This document shows positions 28,243-40,061 of a stretch of DNA of 64,000 nucleotides, in pieces. Below the pieces are notes generated by a model that made no database searches, was not told the DNA's origin, and was given only the letters and a program-made list of their open reading frames with translations. Positions within the stretch are counted from its first letter, which is position 1. Every line of letters starts with the position of its first letter. Source of the DNA: an uncultured Acidobacteriaceae bacterium (GTDB taxonomy: Bacteria > Acidobacteriota > Terriglobia > Terriglobales > Acidobacteriaceae). Made by a program: the position numbers and the translations under genes. The stretch lies in assembly GCA_903911925.1 (NCBI GenBank), contig CAIWFH010000188.1, positions 4,930-68,929 on the forward strand, read 5' to 3'.

Positions 28243-28836
28243 ATGACGAACGATCCAAATCTACTCTCTTACGTTGGGCTGGCTGGTGCATCTTTAGTTG
28301 GTGCGGTCATCGGAGCGTATGCCAAGCGAAAGGGTGAAAATCTCGCGACGCACGAAGACCTAGACAAACTGGTCGCACAGATGGCCGCTGTCACGGAAAC
28401 GGCAGAAAACATCAAAGCTGCGATCTCGGATGATTTGTGGGACCGGCAAAAGCAGTGGGAGATGAGGCGCGATGCAGTGTTCGAGGCGGTTCGCACGTTA
28501 GGCCAACTCGATAACGCACTTCTGGAACTTCATGTTGCCTATTCCGTTTCTACATCCAGAGACGATTTTGTGGCACAAAACCGGCTTGAAAAGGGAGATA
28601 GTTTCAACACGATTGGGTCGAATCTGGACGGCGCAAGATTCCTTGCGGATGCAATTGTCGGCCGACCACTGGGCAAAGCGTTGAGTGATTGCGTTTTCGG
28701 CATGCGCATGGTGGCGAAAGACATCATGCATGGGGATGCGGGGCGATACACAGCCACTCAAAGGGAGCGTGCGATTCAGATACTGGCCGTCTATGCGGCT
28801 GTTCGCAGGGAACTAAAGCTTGAGAACGCAGGATAA
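28243..28836 (+). CDS. hypothetical protein with N-terminal TM anchor and helical body
   Basis: 197 aa; LLSYVGLAGASLVGAVIGAY TM followed by KRKGENLATHEDLDKL; less GC3-biased than its neighbours. Confidence 0.75.
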   Translation: MTNDPNLLSYVGLAGASLVGAVIGAYAKRKGENLATHEDLDKLVAQMAAVTETAENIKAAISDDLWDRQKQWEMRRDAVFEAVRTLGQLDNALLELHVAYSVSTSRDDFVAQNRLEKGDSFNTIGSNLDGARFLADAIVGRPLGKALSDCVFGMRMVAKDIMHGDAGRYTATQRERAIQILAVYAAVRRELKLENAG

Positions 28837-28884
28837 TCTGCCCTGAAAGAATGAACCAGTGACTTCTAATGAACTGGAGAAAAC

Positions 28885-31509
<2,625 letters not shown>

Positions 31510-31511
31510 AG

Positions 31512-31567
31512 GCAGCGAGCCAGCAAGTCAGCGAAAAGGCCCCCTTCGGGGCCTTTTCTGTTGGCGG
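31512..31567 (+). terminator. intrinsic terminator cassette after clpB
   Basis: gaaaaggccc-ccttc-ggggccttttc stem with T-tract. Confidence 0.85.
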
Positions 31568-31621
31568 AGTTTGCGGGGCTGGAAGTGTTTGCGAAGTGTT
31601 GTGAATCGAGATCTGTGGTTT

Positions 31622-31665
31622 CCCACCCTTGAATCAGAAATCGATTCAAGGATGGGGCACCCGGC
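31622..31665. repeat. REP-like palindrome (GGGGCACCC family)
   Basis: cccacccttgaatc-agaaatc-gattcaaggatggggcacccggc. Confidence 0.75.
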
Positions 31666-31937
31666 CTTGGTGGCGCGGCGCTGGAGTTTTCGGGGGGCCA
31701 TGGGAAATGCGTCGCGAGACTGGGCGAAGCTCGCCCAGGGTTTGTCTGGATTGAAGAGCCTGTGGGAAGGAGGTCTGGTAGTGTCGGCACAAAGCGCGGG
31801 TCCCAGATAGAGAGACAGCACAGGCCGAAGGGCCTCAGAATCATGCATCGGTGACTGGAGTCACTTCAGAACCCGCTCCCGGAAAATACCATAAGGTAAG
31901 ACCGCGAATCAGCGAGTGATTCGGTGGAGAGGGAGAT

Positions 31938-33335
31938 TTGATGAATCTGGGATTTATTGAGAGCAAGACTTACGACGAGATAGAGATTGGCGATACCGCC
32001 GGCACAGAGCACGTACTGACCACCGATGACGCGATGGCTTTCGCCTCGATCTCGGGATTCGACTCGATGCTGAATTTCGATGAGATCGTTGAGCGCGCGG
32101 GGGGTGTGCCGCCAACCGGCCCCAACATGTGGTGCGCCTCGCTCGTCTCCGGGCTCTTCAGCATGAATACGCCGGGCCCCGGATGCACCCTGACCAACAT
32201 CTCTCTTTCGTTCTATAACCGCATTCACGTCGGAGACCGCATCCTGGTGAACGTGGTGGTTACGTCAAAAGACGACGCCACGAAGACGGTCAATTTCGAT
32301 TGCGAAGCCAAGAACGGATCGGGCACGCGCATTTTCTCCGGGACCGCCCAACTGCTTGCGCCGGAAGTGAAGCTGCGCTGGTCCACACTGCCGGTTCCCA
32401 AGCTAATTGTGAACGAGCCTTATCGCCACTACCGCGGCATGATTGCGCGCGCCAACTTGAAGCCTGCCGTGAAGACGGCGATTGCGTGGCCCTGCGACGA
32501 AGTTTCTCTCGGCGGCGCCATCCAGGCGTTCAAGGACAAACTGATCGTTCCGGTGCTGGTTGGCTCTGAGACTCTGATCCGCAAAGTCGCTGCAACCCTG
32601 GAACTCGACCTGACCGGCATTCAGATTGTGGATGTCCCGCACAGCAAAACGGCGGCCGTTAAGGCAGTGGAACTGGCCCGCAATGGCGAAGTGCAGATGC
32701 TGATGAAGGGCTCGCTGCACACCGACGAACTGATGGGCGCCGTGGTTTCGCGCGAGGGCGGCATGAGGACGGGCCGGCGCATCAGCCACGTGTTTGCTCT
32801 GGACGTGCCTTCGTACCATAAAACGTTGTATGTCACCGATGCGGCCATCAACATCCAGCCGGACCTGGAGACCAAGATCAGCATTCTGCAAAACGCTATC
32901 GACATGATGAACACGTTGGAGGTTGTCAATCCCAAGGTGGCAATTCTGTCGGCGGTGGAGCAGATCAATCCTGCCATTCCTTCCACGCTGGACGCAGCGG
33001 CGCTGTGCAAGATGGTGGATCGCGGGCAGATTACCGGCGCCATTGTCGACGGTCCGCTGGCATTTGACAACGCGATTTCAAGCGACGCCGCGCGGATCAA
33101 GAAGATCAAGTCGCCGGTAGCAGGAGATCCGGACCTGCTGATGGTTCCGAATCTCGAAGCCGGCAACATCCTCTTCAAACAACTGCAATACCTGGCCGGA
33201 GCACTGGCCGCGGGTGTTGTGGTGGGAGCCAAGGTTCCGGTGGTTTTGACCAGCCGGGCCGATGGTGAACTGGCCCGCATGGCAAGCTGCGCGCTCGGCG
33301 TACTGCTGGCCAAGCCGGCGCCTGTGGTGGCATAG
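31938..33335 (+). CDS. MaoC-like hotdog domain fused to phosphate acetyl/butyryltransferase
   Basis: N-terminal hotdog (PGPGCT...SFYNRIHVGD); C-terminal PTA/PTB MLMKGSLHTDELM, TDAAINIQP, DGPLAFDNAIS, PNLEAGN, LTSRAD. Confidence 0.92.
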   Translation: MMNLGFIESKTYDEIEIGDTAGTEHVLTTDDAMAFASISGFDSMLNFDEIVERAGGVPPTGPNMWCASLVSGLFSMNTPGPGCTLTNISLSFYNRIHVGDRILVNVVVTSKDDATKTVNFDCEAKNGSGTRIFSGTAQLLAPEVKLRWSTLPVPKLIVNEPYRHYRGMIARANLKPAVKTAIAWPCDEVSLGGAIQAFKDKLIVPVLVGSETLIRKVAATLELDLTGIQIVDVPHSKTAAVKAVELARNGEVQMLMKGSLHTDELMGAVVSREGGMRTGRRISHVFALDVPSYHKTLYVTDAAINIQPDLETKISILQNAIDMMNTLEVVNPKVAILSAVEQINPAIPSTLDAAALCKMVDRGQITGAIVDGPLAFDNAISSDAARIKKIKSPVAGDPDLLMVPNLEAGNILFKQLQYLAGALAAGVVVGAKVPVVLTSRADGELARMASCALGVLLAKPAPVVA

Positions 33336-33337
33336 TA

Positions 33338-33396
33338 GCAGCGAGTTAACTAGGTAGCGAAAAGGCTCCGCGATGCGGGGCCTTTTCTGTTGGCGG
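33338..33396. terminator. bidirectional terminator cassette between the PTB fusion and mutS2
   Basis: gaaaaggctcc...ggggccttttc; near-copy of the clpB cassette. Confidence 0.85.
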
Positions 33397-33416
33397 TTCA
33401 GCTTGTTGAGCGGCGA

Positions 33417-35888
33417 CTACTGGCGTAGCTCGACGAGTGTTGCTCCCTGCCCGCCTTCGTTTTGCGGGGCTTCGGCGAGGGTGGCTACGTGGGGGTGGCC
33501 TTTGAGGAATTCGCGGACGCCGCGGCGGAGGATGCCGGCGCCGTGGCCGTGGATGATGCGGACGCGCGGCAGGCCGGCAAGGAAGGCGCGGTCCAGGTAT
33601 TTTTCCAACTCTTCGGTGGCTTCATCCACGGTGCGGCCGATGAGGTTGATCTCCATGCGCATCTCGTCGGTGTTGGCGCTGGTTACCGTGACGTGGACGT
33701 TCTTCTGCTTGCGGGCGGCGGCGAGGGGATCGTGCTTCTCATTGGCCGGTGCGGCGTCCGGGCCGGAAGCTGCAAGGCAGTCGTCGCGTTTGACGCGCAT
33801 TTTGAGCGTGCCGAGGGCGACTTCGAAAAGGTCCTTCTCTACCTCGCGCACCACGGTAGCGATCTTGTTCATGGACTTGATGCGGACCTGGTCGCCGGCG
33901 GCGATGTGGCGCAGGACGTGCGGCTGCGCGTTGACGTCGCCCTGGTCTGCGCCGGTGCGGTGGGCCACGACGGTCTGGTTGAAGCTCTCCTGAAACTCGC
34001 GGCGAAGGCGCAGGATGCGGCGTTCGGCTTCCTTCGACAACTTCTGCTGCGCGGCGCGGTCTTCGATGGCGCGCACGGTTTCGCGCATCTGGAATTCAAA
34101 ATCCTTGAGAAGCGAGGCGAGCTTGGTTTCCAGATCGCGCGTGCGGTTGCGCAATTCCACATCGCCTTCGCGGGCCAGCTTGGCGCGTTCCTGGTTGAGC
34201 GCGTACTGCTGCTCGCGCGCGGCCTTTCGTTCGGCCTCAAGCTGGGTGACTTCGCTGTGCAGCTTGTCGAGGAAGCGGGAGATGTCTACCTGTTGCGAAC
34301 CTAATCTCTGTCGTGCTGCCGCGATAATACTGGCGTTGAGGCCGAGGCGCTCGGCGGTTTGTATGCCGGCCGACGCGCCGGGGACGCCGAGACGCAGTTG
34401 GTAGTTGGGCGCGAGGGTTACCTCATCCACGCCGGCGGCGGCGTTGAGCACGCCTTCAGTATTGGCCGCGTAAACCTTGAGCGAGGTGTGGTGCGTGGAG
34501 ATGAGTGACCACGCTCCAACGGTGAGAAAGTGGCTGGCGATGGCCACGGCGAGAGCCGAGCCTTCTTCAGGATCGGTGGAGGAGCCTAGCTCGTCGAGGA
34601 GAACCAGGGAGCAATCGCCGGCCAGGTGCGCGAGGCGGTCGAGGTTGGTGATGTGGGCGGAGAAGGTGCTGAGCGCGGCCTCAATGGATTGCGCGTCGCC
34701 GATGTCGGCGAGGAAGGCAGTGAAGACTGGAAAGCTGGCTGCCGTGGCGGGGATGGGCAGGCCGGCCTGGGCCATCATCGCCAGCAGAGCCGTGGTTTTC
34801 AACGTAACCGTCTTGCCGCCGGTGTTGGGGCCGCTGATGATGAGCTGGCGCTCTTTCGCAGTGAGCTCGATGGTCAGCGGGACAATGCGGCCGCCAGTGG
34901 CGCGCAGGCGCTTTTCAAGCAGCGGATGGCGGGCAGACTCAAGGCGCAGCAAGTCGGGCGCGATGGCGGGGGCAATGCAATCGTAGTCGCGGGCAAAGCG
35001 TGCGCGGGCCTGCAGACTGTCAACCAGGGCGAGGACGCGCGCGCCTTCAACGAGCCCGAGCGCATAGCCGCCCACCTGGCGGGTGAGGGCGACAAAGATG
35101 CGGTGAATCTCGGCTTGCTCTTCTTCGATGAGGCGAACGAGTTCGTTATTCTGCTCGATGGTTTCCAGAGGCTCCACGTAGACAGTTTGGCCTGAAGAGC
35201 TGGCGCCGTGGACCACGCCGGAGATGCGGCGCTTGAGCTCTGCGCGGACGGGGATAACAAAGCGGTCGCCGCGGATCGTGATGAGGTCTTCCTGGGTTGC
35301 GCCGTCGCTTGAGAGCCTGCGCAGAGCAGCGCGGAGGCTTTCTTCGATGACCCGCTGCTGGCGCTCCTGCTCGCGACGAACGCGGCGCAATTCTGGAGAC
35401 GCATCGTCGGCCAGTGAGCCATCGGGCTGGATTGTGCGTTCGATGGATTCGGCGAGCGGCCGGAGGCTGGTGGTCAGAGCCGACGAGAGCGAGGAAAGGC
35501 CGGGGAGCCTGCCGGCGATGCGGGCCGGCGGCTCGCGGAGCAGCGATTGCCAACTGGCTACATCGTTGGCGAGACGGGCGATGGCCTGGAACTCGGCGGC
35601 TTCAAGCGCCGCGCCAGGGATTTGCGCCTTGGCGGCGAGTTGCGTGGGGTCGATGAGTCCGCCGACGGGGATGGAGATTTGCTCTTCCAAAATCAGCCGC
35701 AACTCGCCGGTGAGGTCATGCTGACGGCGGACCCACGTTTCATCTGTGGACGGGGTGAGATCGAGGATGGCGTTGCGGCCGACCGGGGATGCGGCAAAAC
35801 CGGCGACGAGGGCCAGTAGCGGCTCCCACTCGAGAGCGGCGTAGTCGGCGTGTTCAACGGGAGACGGGATGGGATCGAGCAGGGGCAT
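33417..35888 (-). CDS. mutS2: MutS2 endonuclease / ribosome collision sensor
   Basis: ISGPNTGGKT, ADIGDAQSI, STFSAH, LLDELGSSTDP, STHH; C-terminal Smr IHGHGAGILR. Confidence 0.96.
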   Translation of the reverse strand: MPLLDPIPSPVEHADYAALEWEPLLALVAGFAASPVGRNAILDLTPSTDETWVRRQHDLTGELRLILEEQISIPVGGLIDPTQLAAKAQIPGAALEAAEFQAIARLANDVASWQSLLREPPARIAGRLPGLSSLSSALTTSLRPLAESIERTIQPDGSLADDASPELRRVRREQERQQRVIEESLRAALRRLSSDGATQEDLITIRGDRFVIPVRAELKRRISGVVHGASSSGQTVYVEPLETIEQNNELVRLIEEEQAEIHRIFVALTRQVGGYALGLVEGARVLALVDSLQARARFARDYDCIAPAIAPDLLRLESARHPLLEKRLRATGGRIVPLTIELTAKERQLIISGPNTGGKTVTLKTTALLAMMAQAGLPIPATAASFPVFTAFLADIGDAQSIEAALSTFSAHITNLDRLAHLAGDCSLVLLDELGSSTDPEEGSALAVAIASHFLTVGAWSLISTHHTSLKVYAANTEGVLNAAAGVDEVTLAPNYQLRLGVPGASAGIQTAERLGLNASIIAAARQRLGSQQVDISRFLDKLHSEVTQLEAERKAAREQQYALNQERAKLAREGDVELRNRTRDLETKLASLLKDFEFQMRETVRAIEDRAAQQKLSKEAERRILRLRREFQESFNQTVVAHRTGADQGDVNAQPHVLRHIAAGDQVRIKSMNKIATVVREVEKDLFEVALGTLKMRVKRDDCLAASGPDAAPANEKHDPLAAARKQKNVHVTVTSANTDEMRMEINLIGRTVDEATEELEKYLDRAFLAGLPRVRIIHGHGAGILRRGVREFLKGHPHVATLAEAPQNEGGQGATLVELRQ

Positions 35889-35963
35889 AGGTTTTCTTCG
35901 CTGTGACTATCTTAGCGGGGTTGGTGGAGTTCTCGATTGACGGTTGGTTGATAGCGGTGCTTT

Positions 35964-35998
35964 CCTATGTCTCAAAATCGAGACATGGGGCACCCGGC
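35964..35998. repeat. REP-like palindrome (GGGGCACCC family)
   Basis: cctatgtctc-aaaatc-gagacatggggcacccggc. Confidence 0.75.
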
Positions 35999-36032
35999 AT
36001 CTTGCGAGAACGGGGCAGGCGTTCCGTGTTGT

Positions 36033-36725
36033 CTAGGCGCTGACTGCGCGCTTGAGCGCGGCGCGGGCCAGCAGCCGCGTGGAGTCGAGCGTGGGCAGCG
36101 GGGAGTATGCGTCGTTCATGATGAGCGGGATTTCGGTGCAGCCCAGCACCACCGCATCGCAGCCTTCTGCTTTCATGCGCGCGAAGACTTGCTGGAAGGC
36201 CGCGATCGCTTGGGGCTTGAAGACGCCGCAGACCAGTTCGTCGAAGATGATGCGGTTGATTTCTTCACGCTCTGCCAGGCTGGGCCGCAGATACTCGAGG
36301 CCACGCGCGGCGAGCTTCTCCGGGTAAACTTCGCTCTCGACCAGGTAGCGGGTTCCCGTGATGCCGATGCGACGAAAGCCGCGGCTGGCGGCCTCAGCGG
36401 CGACAACTTCAGCGATGTGCAGCCAGGGCAGCGGCGAGCGCGGCACGACAAGCGGAAGCGCCTGGTGGAGAGTATTGTCGGGGCAGATCAGGAAATCGGC
36501 GCCGGTCTTTGCCACCTTCTCCGCGGAGGAGAGCATCGTGTCGGCCACTGCTTGCCAGTCGTTGCGATAGATATAGTCCATGTACTTGCCCAGGGCGTAG
36601 GCGTGCATGGTGATATCGGGGTGGTTGTGGGTGCCGAGAGACTGCGCGCCTTCAAGACAGATGGTGCGGTAACAGAGCGATGCGCCCTCAGCGGAACAGG
36701 CGACGATACCGATGTGGCCGGGCAT
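36033..36725 (-). CDS. aspartate/glutamate racemase family protein
   Basis: Catalytic-type Cys motifs LICPDNTLH and VVLGCTEIPL; LDSTRLLARAA. Confidence 0.92.
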   Translation of the reverse strand: MPGHIGIVACSAEGASLCYRTICLEGAQSLGTHNHPDITMHAYALGKYMDYIYRNDWQAVADTMLSSAEKVAKTGADFLICPDNTLHQALPLVVPRSPLPWLHIAEVVAAEAASRGFRRIGITGTRYLVESEVYPEKLAARGLEYLRPSLAEREEINRIIFDELVCGVFKPQAIAAFQQVFARMKAEGCDAVVLGCTEIPLIMNDAYSPLPTLDSTRLLARAALKRAVSA

Positions 36726-36768
36726 GGGTTGATTTTACAGAAAACTCAACGGTGGGCATTTGTGCTAT

Positions 36769-36803
36769 CCCAGGTCTCAGAAGCGAGACCTGGGGCACCC
36801 AGC
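36769..36803. repeat. REP-like palindrome (GGGGCACCC family)
   Basis: cccaggtctc-agaagc-gagacctggggcacccagc. Confidence 0.8.
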
Positions 36804-36841
36804 TTTTTGCGGCAGAGGAAGATCAAACCGGGCCGCTGCGC

Positions 36842-38212
36842 TCAGGATGGCAGATCTTGGGCGAGGTTGAGTTCTCCCTCCCAGCGGGAGACGACGGCGG
36901 CGGCCATGCCGTTACCAATCACATTCATCGCTGTGCGGCCCATGTCCATGAGCGTGTCAACGCCGAGCAGCATGAGCACGGCGGTGGCGGGAATCTGGAA
37001 TGACGGAGCCACAGCCATCAGGGTGACCAGGGTGGCGCGGGGAACGCCGGCGATGCCCTTGCTGGTGAGCATGAGAGTGGCAAGAAGGTAGATTTGCTGG
37101 CCGAGAGAGAGGTGGAGGCCCGCAGCCTGGGCGGCGAAGAGCGCGGCCATGGAAAGGTAAAGGCTTGAGCCGGTGAGGTTGAAGCTGTAGCCGGTGGGAA
37201 TAACAAAGGCGACAATCCAGCGGGGAACCCCGAACTCTTCCATGCGCTCCATGGCCAAGGGCAGCGCTGCCTCAGAGGACGCAGTGGCAAAGCCGATGGC
37301 AGTGGGCTCGGCGATGGCGGCGGCAAAACGGCGCACCGGAATGCGCGCGAAAAACAGGATGGGCGCGAGCACCAGCAACGCAAAGACCACCAGCGCTGCG
37401 TAACAGGTGGCGGCCAGTTTGGCGAGCGGCAGCAGGGTGGCAACGCCCATGCTGCCCACGGTGTAAGCCAGCGCCGCGCCTGCGGCCACCGGAGCCATGA
37501 CCATGATGATCCTGGTCAGGCGGAACATGGTTTCAGTGAGGGACTGAAGCACGGTAACCAGCGGAGCGCGGCGGGGCTCAGGCAGGGTGGCCAGGGCAGT
37601 GCCGAAGAGCAACGCGAAGATGGCAACCTGGAGAATCTGGTTTTGCGCAACGGCTAGGGCGATGTTCTCAGGGAAGATGTTCATCAGAATCTGCTGCCAG
37701 TTCTGCGCATGCGCGGCAGGCGTAGCGGCGTCAATGCTGACAGGCAGGGTGACGCCAACTCCGGCATGGGTGAGATTGATGGCGACCGCGCCCAGGATGA
37801 TTCCCAGCGTAGTGGCTACTTCAAAGAAGAGGATGGACTTGAGGGCCACGCGGCCCACGCCTTTCAACTCGCTGTGGCCGGCAATGCCGGTGACGATGCC
37901 GCCAAAGATGAGCGGAGCGACGATCATGCGAATGAGGCGGAGGAAGATATCGCCCAAAAAGTGGCCTTGAACCGCCAGTTGTGGCGCGTCCACGCCGAGT
38001 TCTGCGCCGGCCAACATGGCAAAGAAAGTCCAGACAAGCAGGGAGCGGCGACGAAAGGCGAAGGGAAGAAAGAGAGCGAAGCCTGCCCAACGGAGGGCGA
38101 CGGTCCAATGAGCCAGAACGGGAAGGAGGGTCGCGATCAAGCCGGCGGCAAAGAGCAACAGCGCGGCGGCGGTGAGTACGCGAACCAATGGCCTCGCTGG
38201 TTTAGGGGTCAT
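36842..38212 (-). CDS. dicarboxylate/amino acid:cation symporter (DAACS, GltP-like); alternative start 38242
   Basis: FLRLIRMIVAPLIF, FATASSEAALP, VIPTGYSFNLTGS, LTSKGIAGVP, MGRTAMNVIGN. Confidence 0.93.
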   Translation of the reverse strand: MTPKPARPLVRVLTAAALLLFAAGLIATLLPVLAHWTVALRWAGFALFLPFAFRRRSLLVWTFFAMLAGAELGVDAPQLAVQGHFLGDIFLRLIRMIVAPLIFGGIVTGIAGHSELKGVGRVALKSILFFEVATTLGIILGAVAINLTHAGVGVTLPVSIDAATPAAHAQNWQQILMNIFPENIALAVAQNQILQVAIFALLFGTALATLPEPRRAPLVTVLQSLTETMFRLTRIIMVMAPVAAGAALAYTVGSMGVATLLPLAKLAATCYAALVVFALLVLAPILFFARIPVRRFAAAIAEPTAIGFATASSEAALPLAMERMEEFGVPRWIVAFVIPTGYSFNLTGSSLYLSMAALFAAQAAGLHLSLGQQIYLLATLMLTSKGIAGVPRATLVTLMAVAPSFQIPATAVLMLLGVDTLMDMGRTAMNVIGNGMAAAVVSRWEGELNLAQDLPS

Positions 38213-38296
38213 GGATTCGCCTTGAGGGTTCAAGGTCACCATTATCTTACGGATGCCGCCCTTTGCGCTTCTGGGCGGCGCACAGCGCCCGAAATT

Positions 38297-38590
38297 CTAA
38301 CTGCTCGCGGTGGCTGAGGCGGGGGCTGCTGCGGCGGGACACGCGGCGCAGTCGCCGGCGCAAGCGGCCTTGGTTTCAGCCGGTGCAGACTCGGCTGCGG
38401 GCGCGGAGCTTTTGGCCGCGTAGTCGTTGACATACCAGCCCTTGCCCTTGAAGCTCAGGCCGGGGGCGGTCAGCGGGCGCTCCAACACGCCCTGGCAGAG
38501 GGGACACTGGGACTCGGGTGTTGCCGAGAAGTTCTGGCGCTTTTCAAAGCGGTGGCCGCATTGCGTGCATCGATAGGCATATAGAGGCAA
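38297..38590 (-). CDS. FmdB-family zinc-ribbon protein
   Basis: MPLYAYRCTQCGHRFE...CPLCQG...FKGKGWYVNDY. Confidence 0.9.
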   Translation of the reverse strand: MPLYAYRCTQCGHRFEKRQNFSATPESQCPLCQGVLERPLTAPGLSFKGKGWYVNDYAAKSSAPAAESAPAETKAACAGDCAACPAAAAPASATASS

Positions 38591-38665
38591 AGTGTATAAC
38601 CCTCCCGGGCGAAACTACCCACTATCACCATTGTACGCGGAACCTGGAAATTATACGCAAACCGC

Positions 38666-38763
38666 GCAGGCTTCTTGTCATTGGGGCAGTGGCGCTGGCG
38701 GCGTTCGCTATTCTGTACTTGCTTATGCCTGAGACCCGCAACGCACACCTGGAAACCGCATGA
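38666..38763 (+). pseudogene. 3' stub of an MFS transporter gene
   Basis: Reads AGFLSLG/AVALAAFAILYLLMPETR with one G missing at about 38682-38686; the stop overlaps the arsB-like ATG (ATGA). Confidence 0.5.
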
Positions 38764-40040
38764 CTGGTACAGCGCGGATCATTGCCACGCTGGCCGTCTT
38801 CGCGGCAATGCTGGTGTTGATGGTGCTGCGCCCGCGCCGCTGGAGCGAGGCCTGGTGGACCATGCTGGCGGCTGCGGCCATGCTGGTTCTGGGCCTAGTG
38901 ACTCCGCACGAGGCGCTCGGGGCGGTCCTGGCGGGAAAGAACACACTTCTCTTCCTTGTCTCGCTGCTGGCTTTGTCTCTTCTGATCGGCAAAAGCGGCT
39001 TTTTCGATTGGGCTGCGATTCGATGCGCGCTGGTGGCGAAGGGAGACGCGCACTCGCTTTACCGGAACGCGTTTGTGGCAGGCGCGGCGATCACGGCCAT
39101 CCTGTCATTGGATACAACGGCCGTGATGCTGACGCCGGTGATGCTGGCCCTGGTAAAAAGGCTCAGAGTTCCTGGTGCTCCGTACGTGCTGTTGTGCGCG
39201 TTTGTGGCCAACGTGGGTTCGCTGCTGCTGCCCATCAGCAACCTGACCAACCTGCTCTTCGCGGACGCTTTCCGCCAGACCTTTGCTGCGTTCGCGGCAA
39301 GAATGCTTGTGCCTCAACTGGTGGCGCTCGTCACGACATACGCGGTTTTGCGCTGGCACTTTCGCCGCGAGTTGCCTGCCAGCTTCGACAGCAAATCGCT
39401 TCCGTTGCCGGCCAGCGTGGTTCCCAATCGTCCCTACTTTCTGATTTGCGTATCAGCTCTTGCGGCCGTGCTTGTCTGTTACTTTCTTGCGCCGCTGGTC
39501 GGCCTTGAGCCGTACGTTTTCGCTTTCGCGGCCAGTGCCGTGCTGGCGGTCGCCGGCATGGCGAGTGGACGCGTGCAGATTCGCTTTGTGCAGGAAATCG
39601 CATGGGACTTATTCCCGTTTGTGATCGGTCTCTTCATTGCCGTGCAGGGACTTGAGAACCTGGGCATCGTGGATGTTTCGGCTGGGTGGCTCGCGGAGAT
39701 GAGGCCGGGATCGGCTGGGAAGCTTCTTGCAGCAGCGGGGGCGACGGCGTTCGCCTCGAATATCACGAACAACCTTCCCGCTGCGCTGATCGCGCGGAGC
39801 GTGCTTTTGCGCTCTCATGCACACATGGGCACGGTGCTTGCGGCACTCATCGGCGCCAACGTGGGCCCGATGATCACACCCTTCGGTTCACTGGCAACGA
39901 TGCTGGTGCTCGCGTTTGCCCGGCGCGATGGGGAAGAGGTGGGCGCCGGGCAGTTGGTGATGCTTGGGCTGTGGGCCGTTCCGGTCATCCTGGTGCTGAC
40001 CACGCTTGCCCTGGCCCTGACCTTCGTCGTGGTCCGTTGA
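38760..40040 (+). CDS. ArsB/NhaD-family anion permease (arsenical pump-like)
   Basis: LSLDTTAVMLTP, ANVGSLLLPISNLTNLL, SNITNNLPA, GANVGPMITPFGSLATML. Confidence 0.88.
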   Translation: MTGTARIIATLAVFAAMLVLMVLRPRRWSEAWWTMLAAAAMLVLGLVTPHEALGAVLAGKNTLLFLVSLLALSLLIGKSGFFDWAAIRCALVAKGDAHSLYRNAFVAGAAITAILSLDTTAVMLTPVMLALVKRLRVPGAPYVLLCAFVANVGSLLLPISNLTNLLFADAFRQTFAAFAARMLVPQLVALVTTYAVLRWHFRRELPASFDSKSLPLPASVVPNRPYFLICVSALAAVLVCYFLAPLVGLEPYVFAFAASAVLAVAGMASGRVQIRFVQEIAWDLFPFVIGLFIAVQGLENLGIVDVSAGWLAEMRPGSAGKLLAAAGATAFASNITNNLPAALIARSVLLRSHAHMGTVLAALIGANVGPMITPFGSLATMLVLAFARRDGEEVGAGQLVMLGLWAVPVILVLTTLALALTFVVVR

Positions 40041-40061
40041 CGACTGCGGTGCGATTGCCGT

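Noticed and set aside
38760-40040. Calling this an arsenic-resistance operon
   Set aside because: No arsR or arsC nearby; the family also transports other anions, so no gene symbol was assigned
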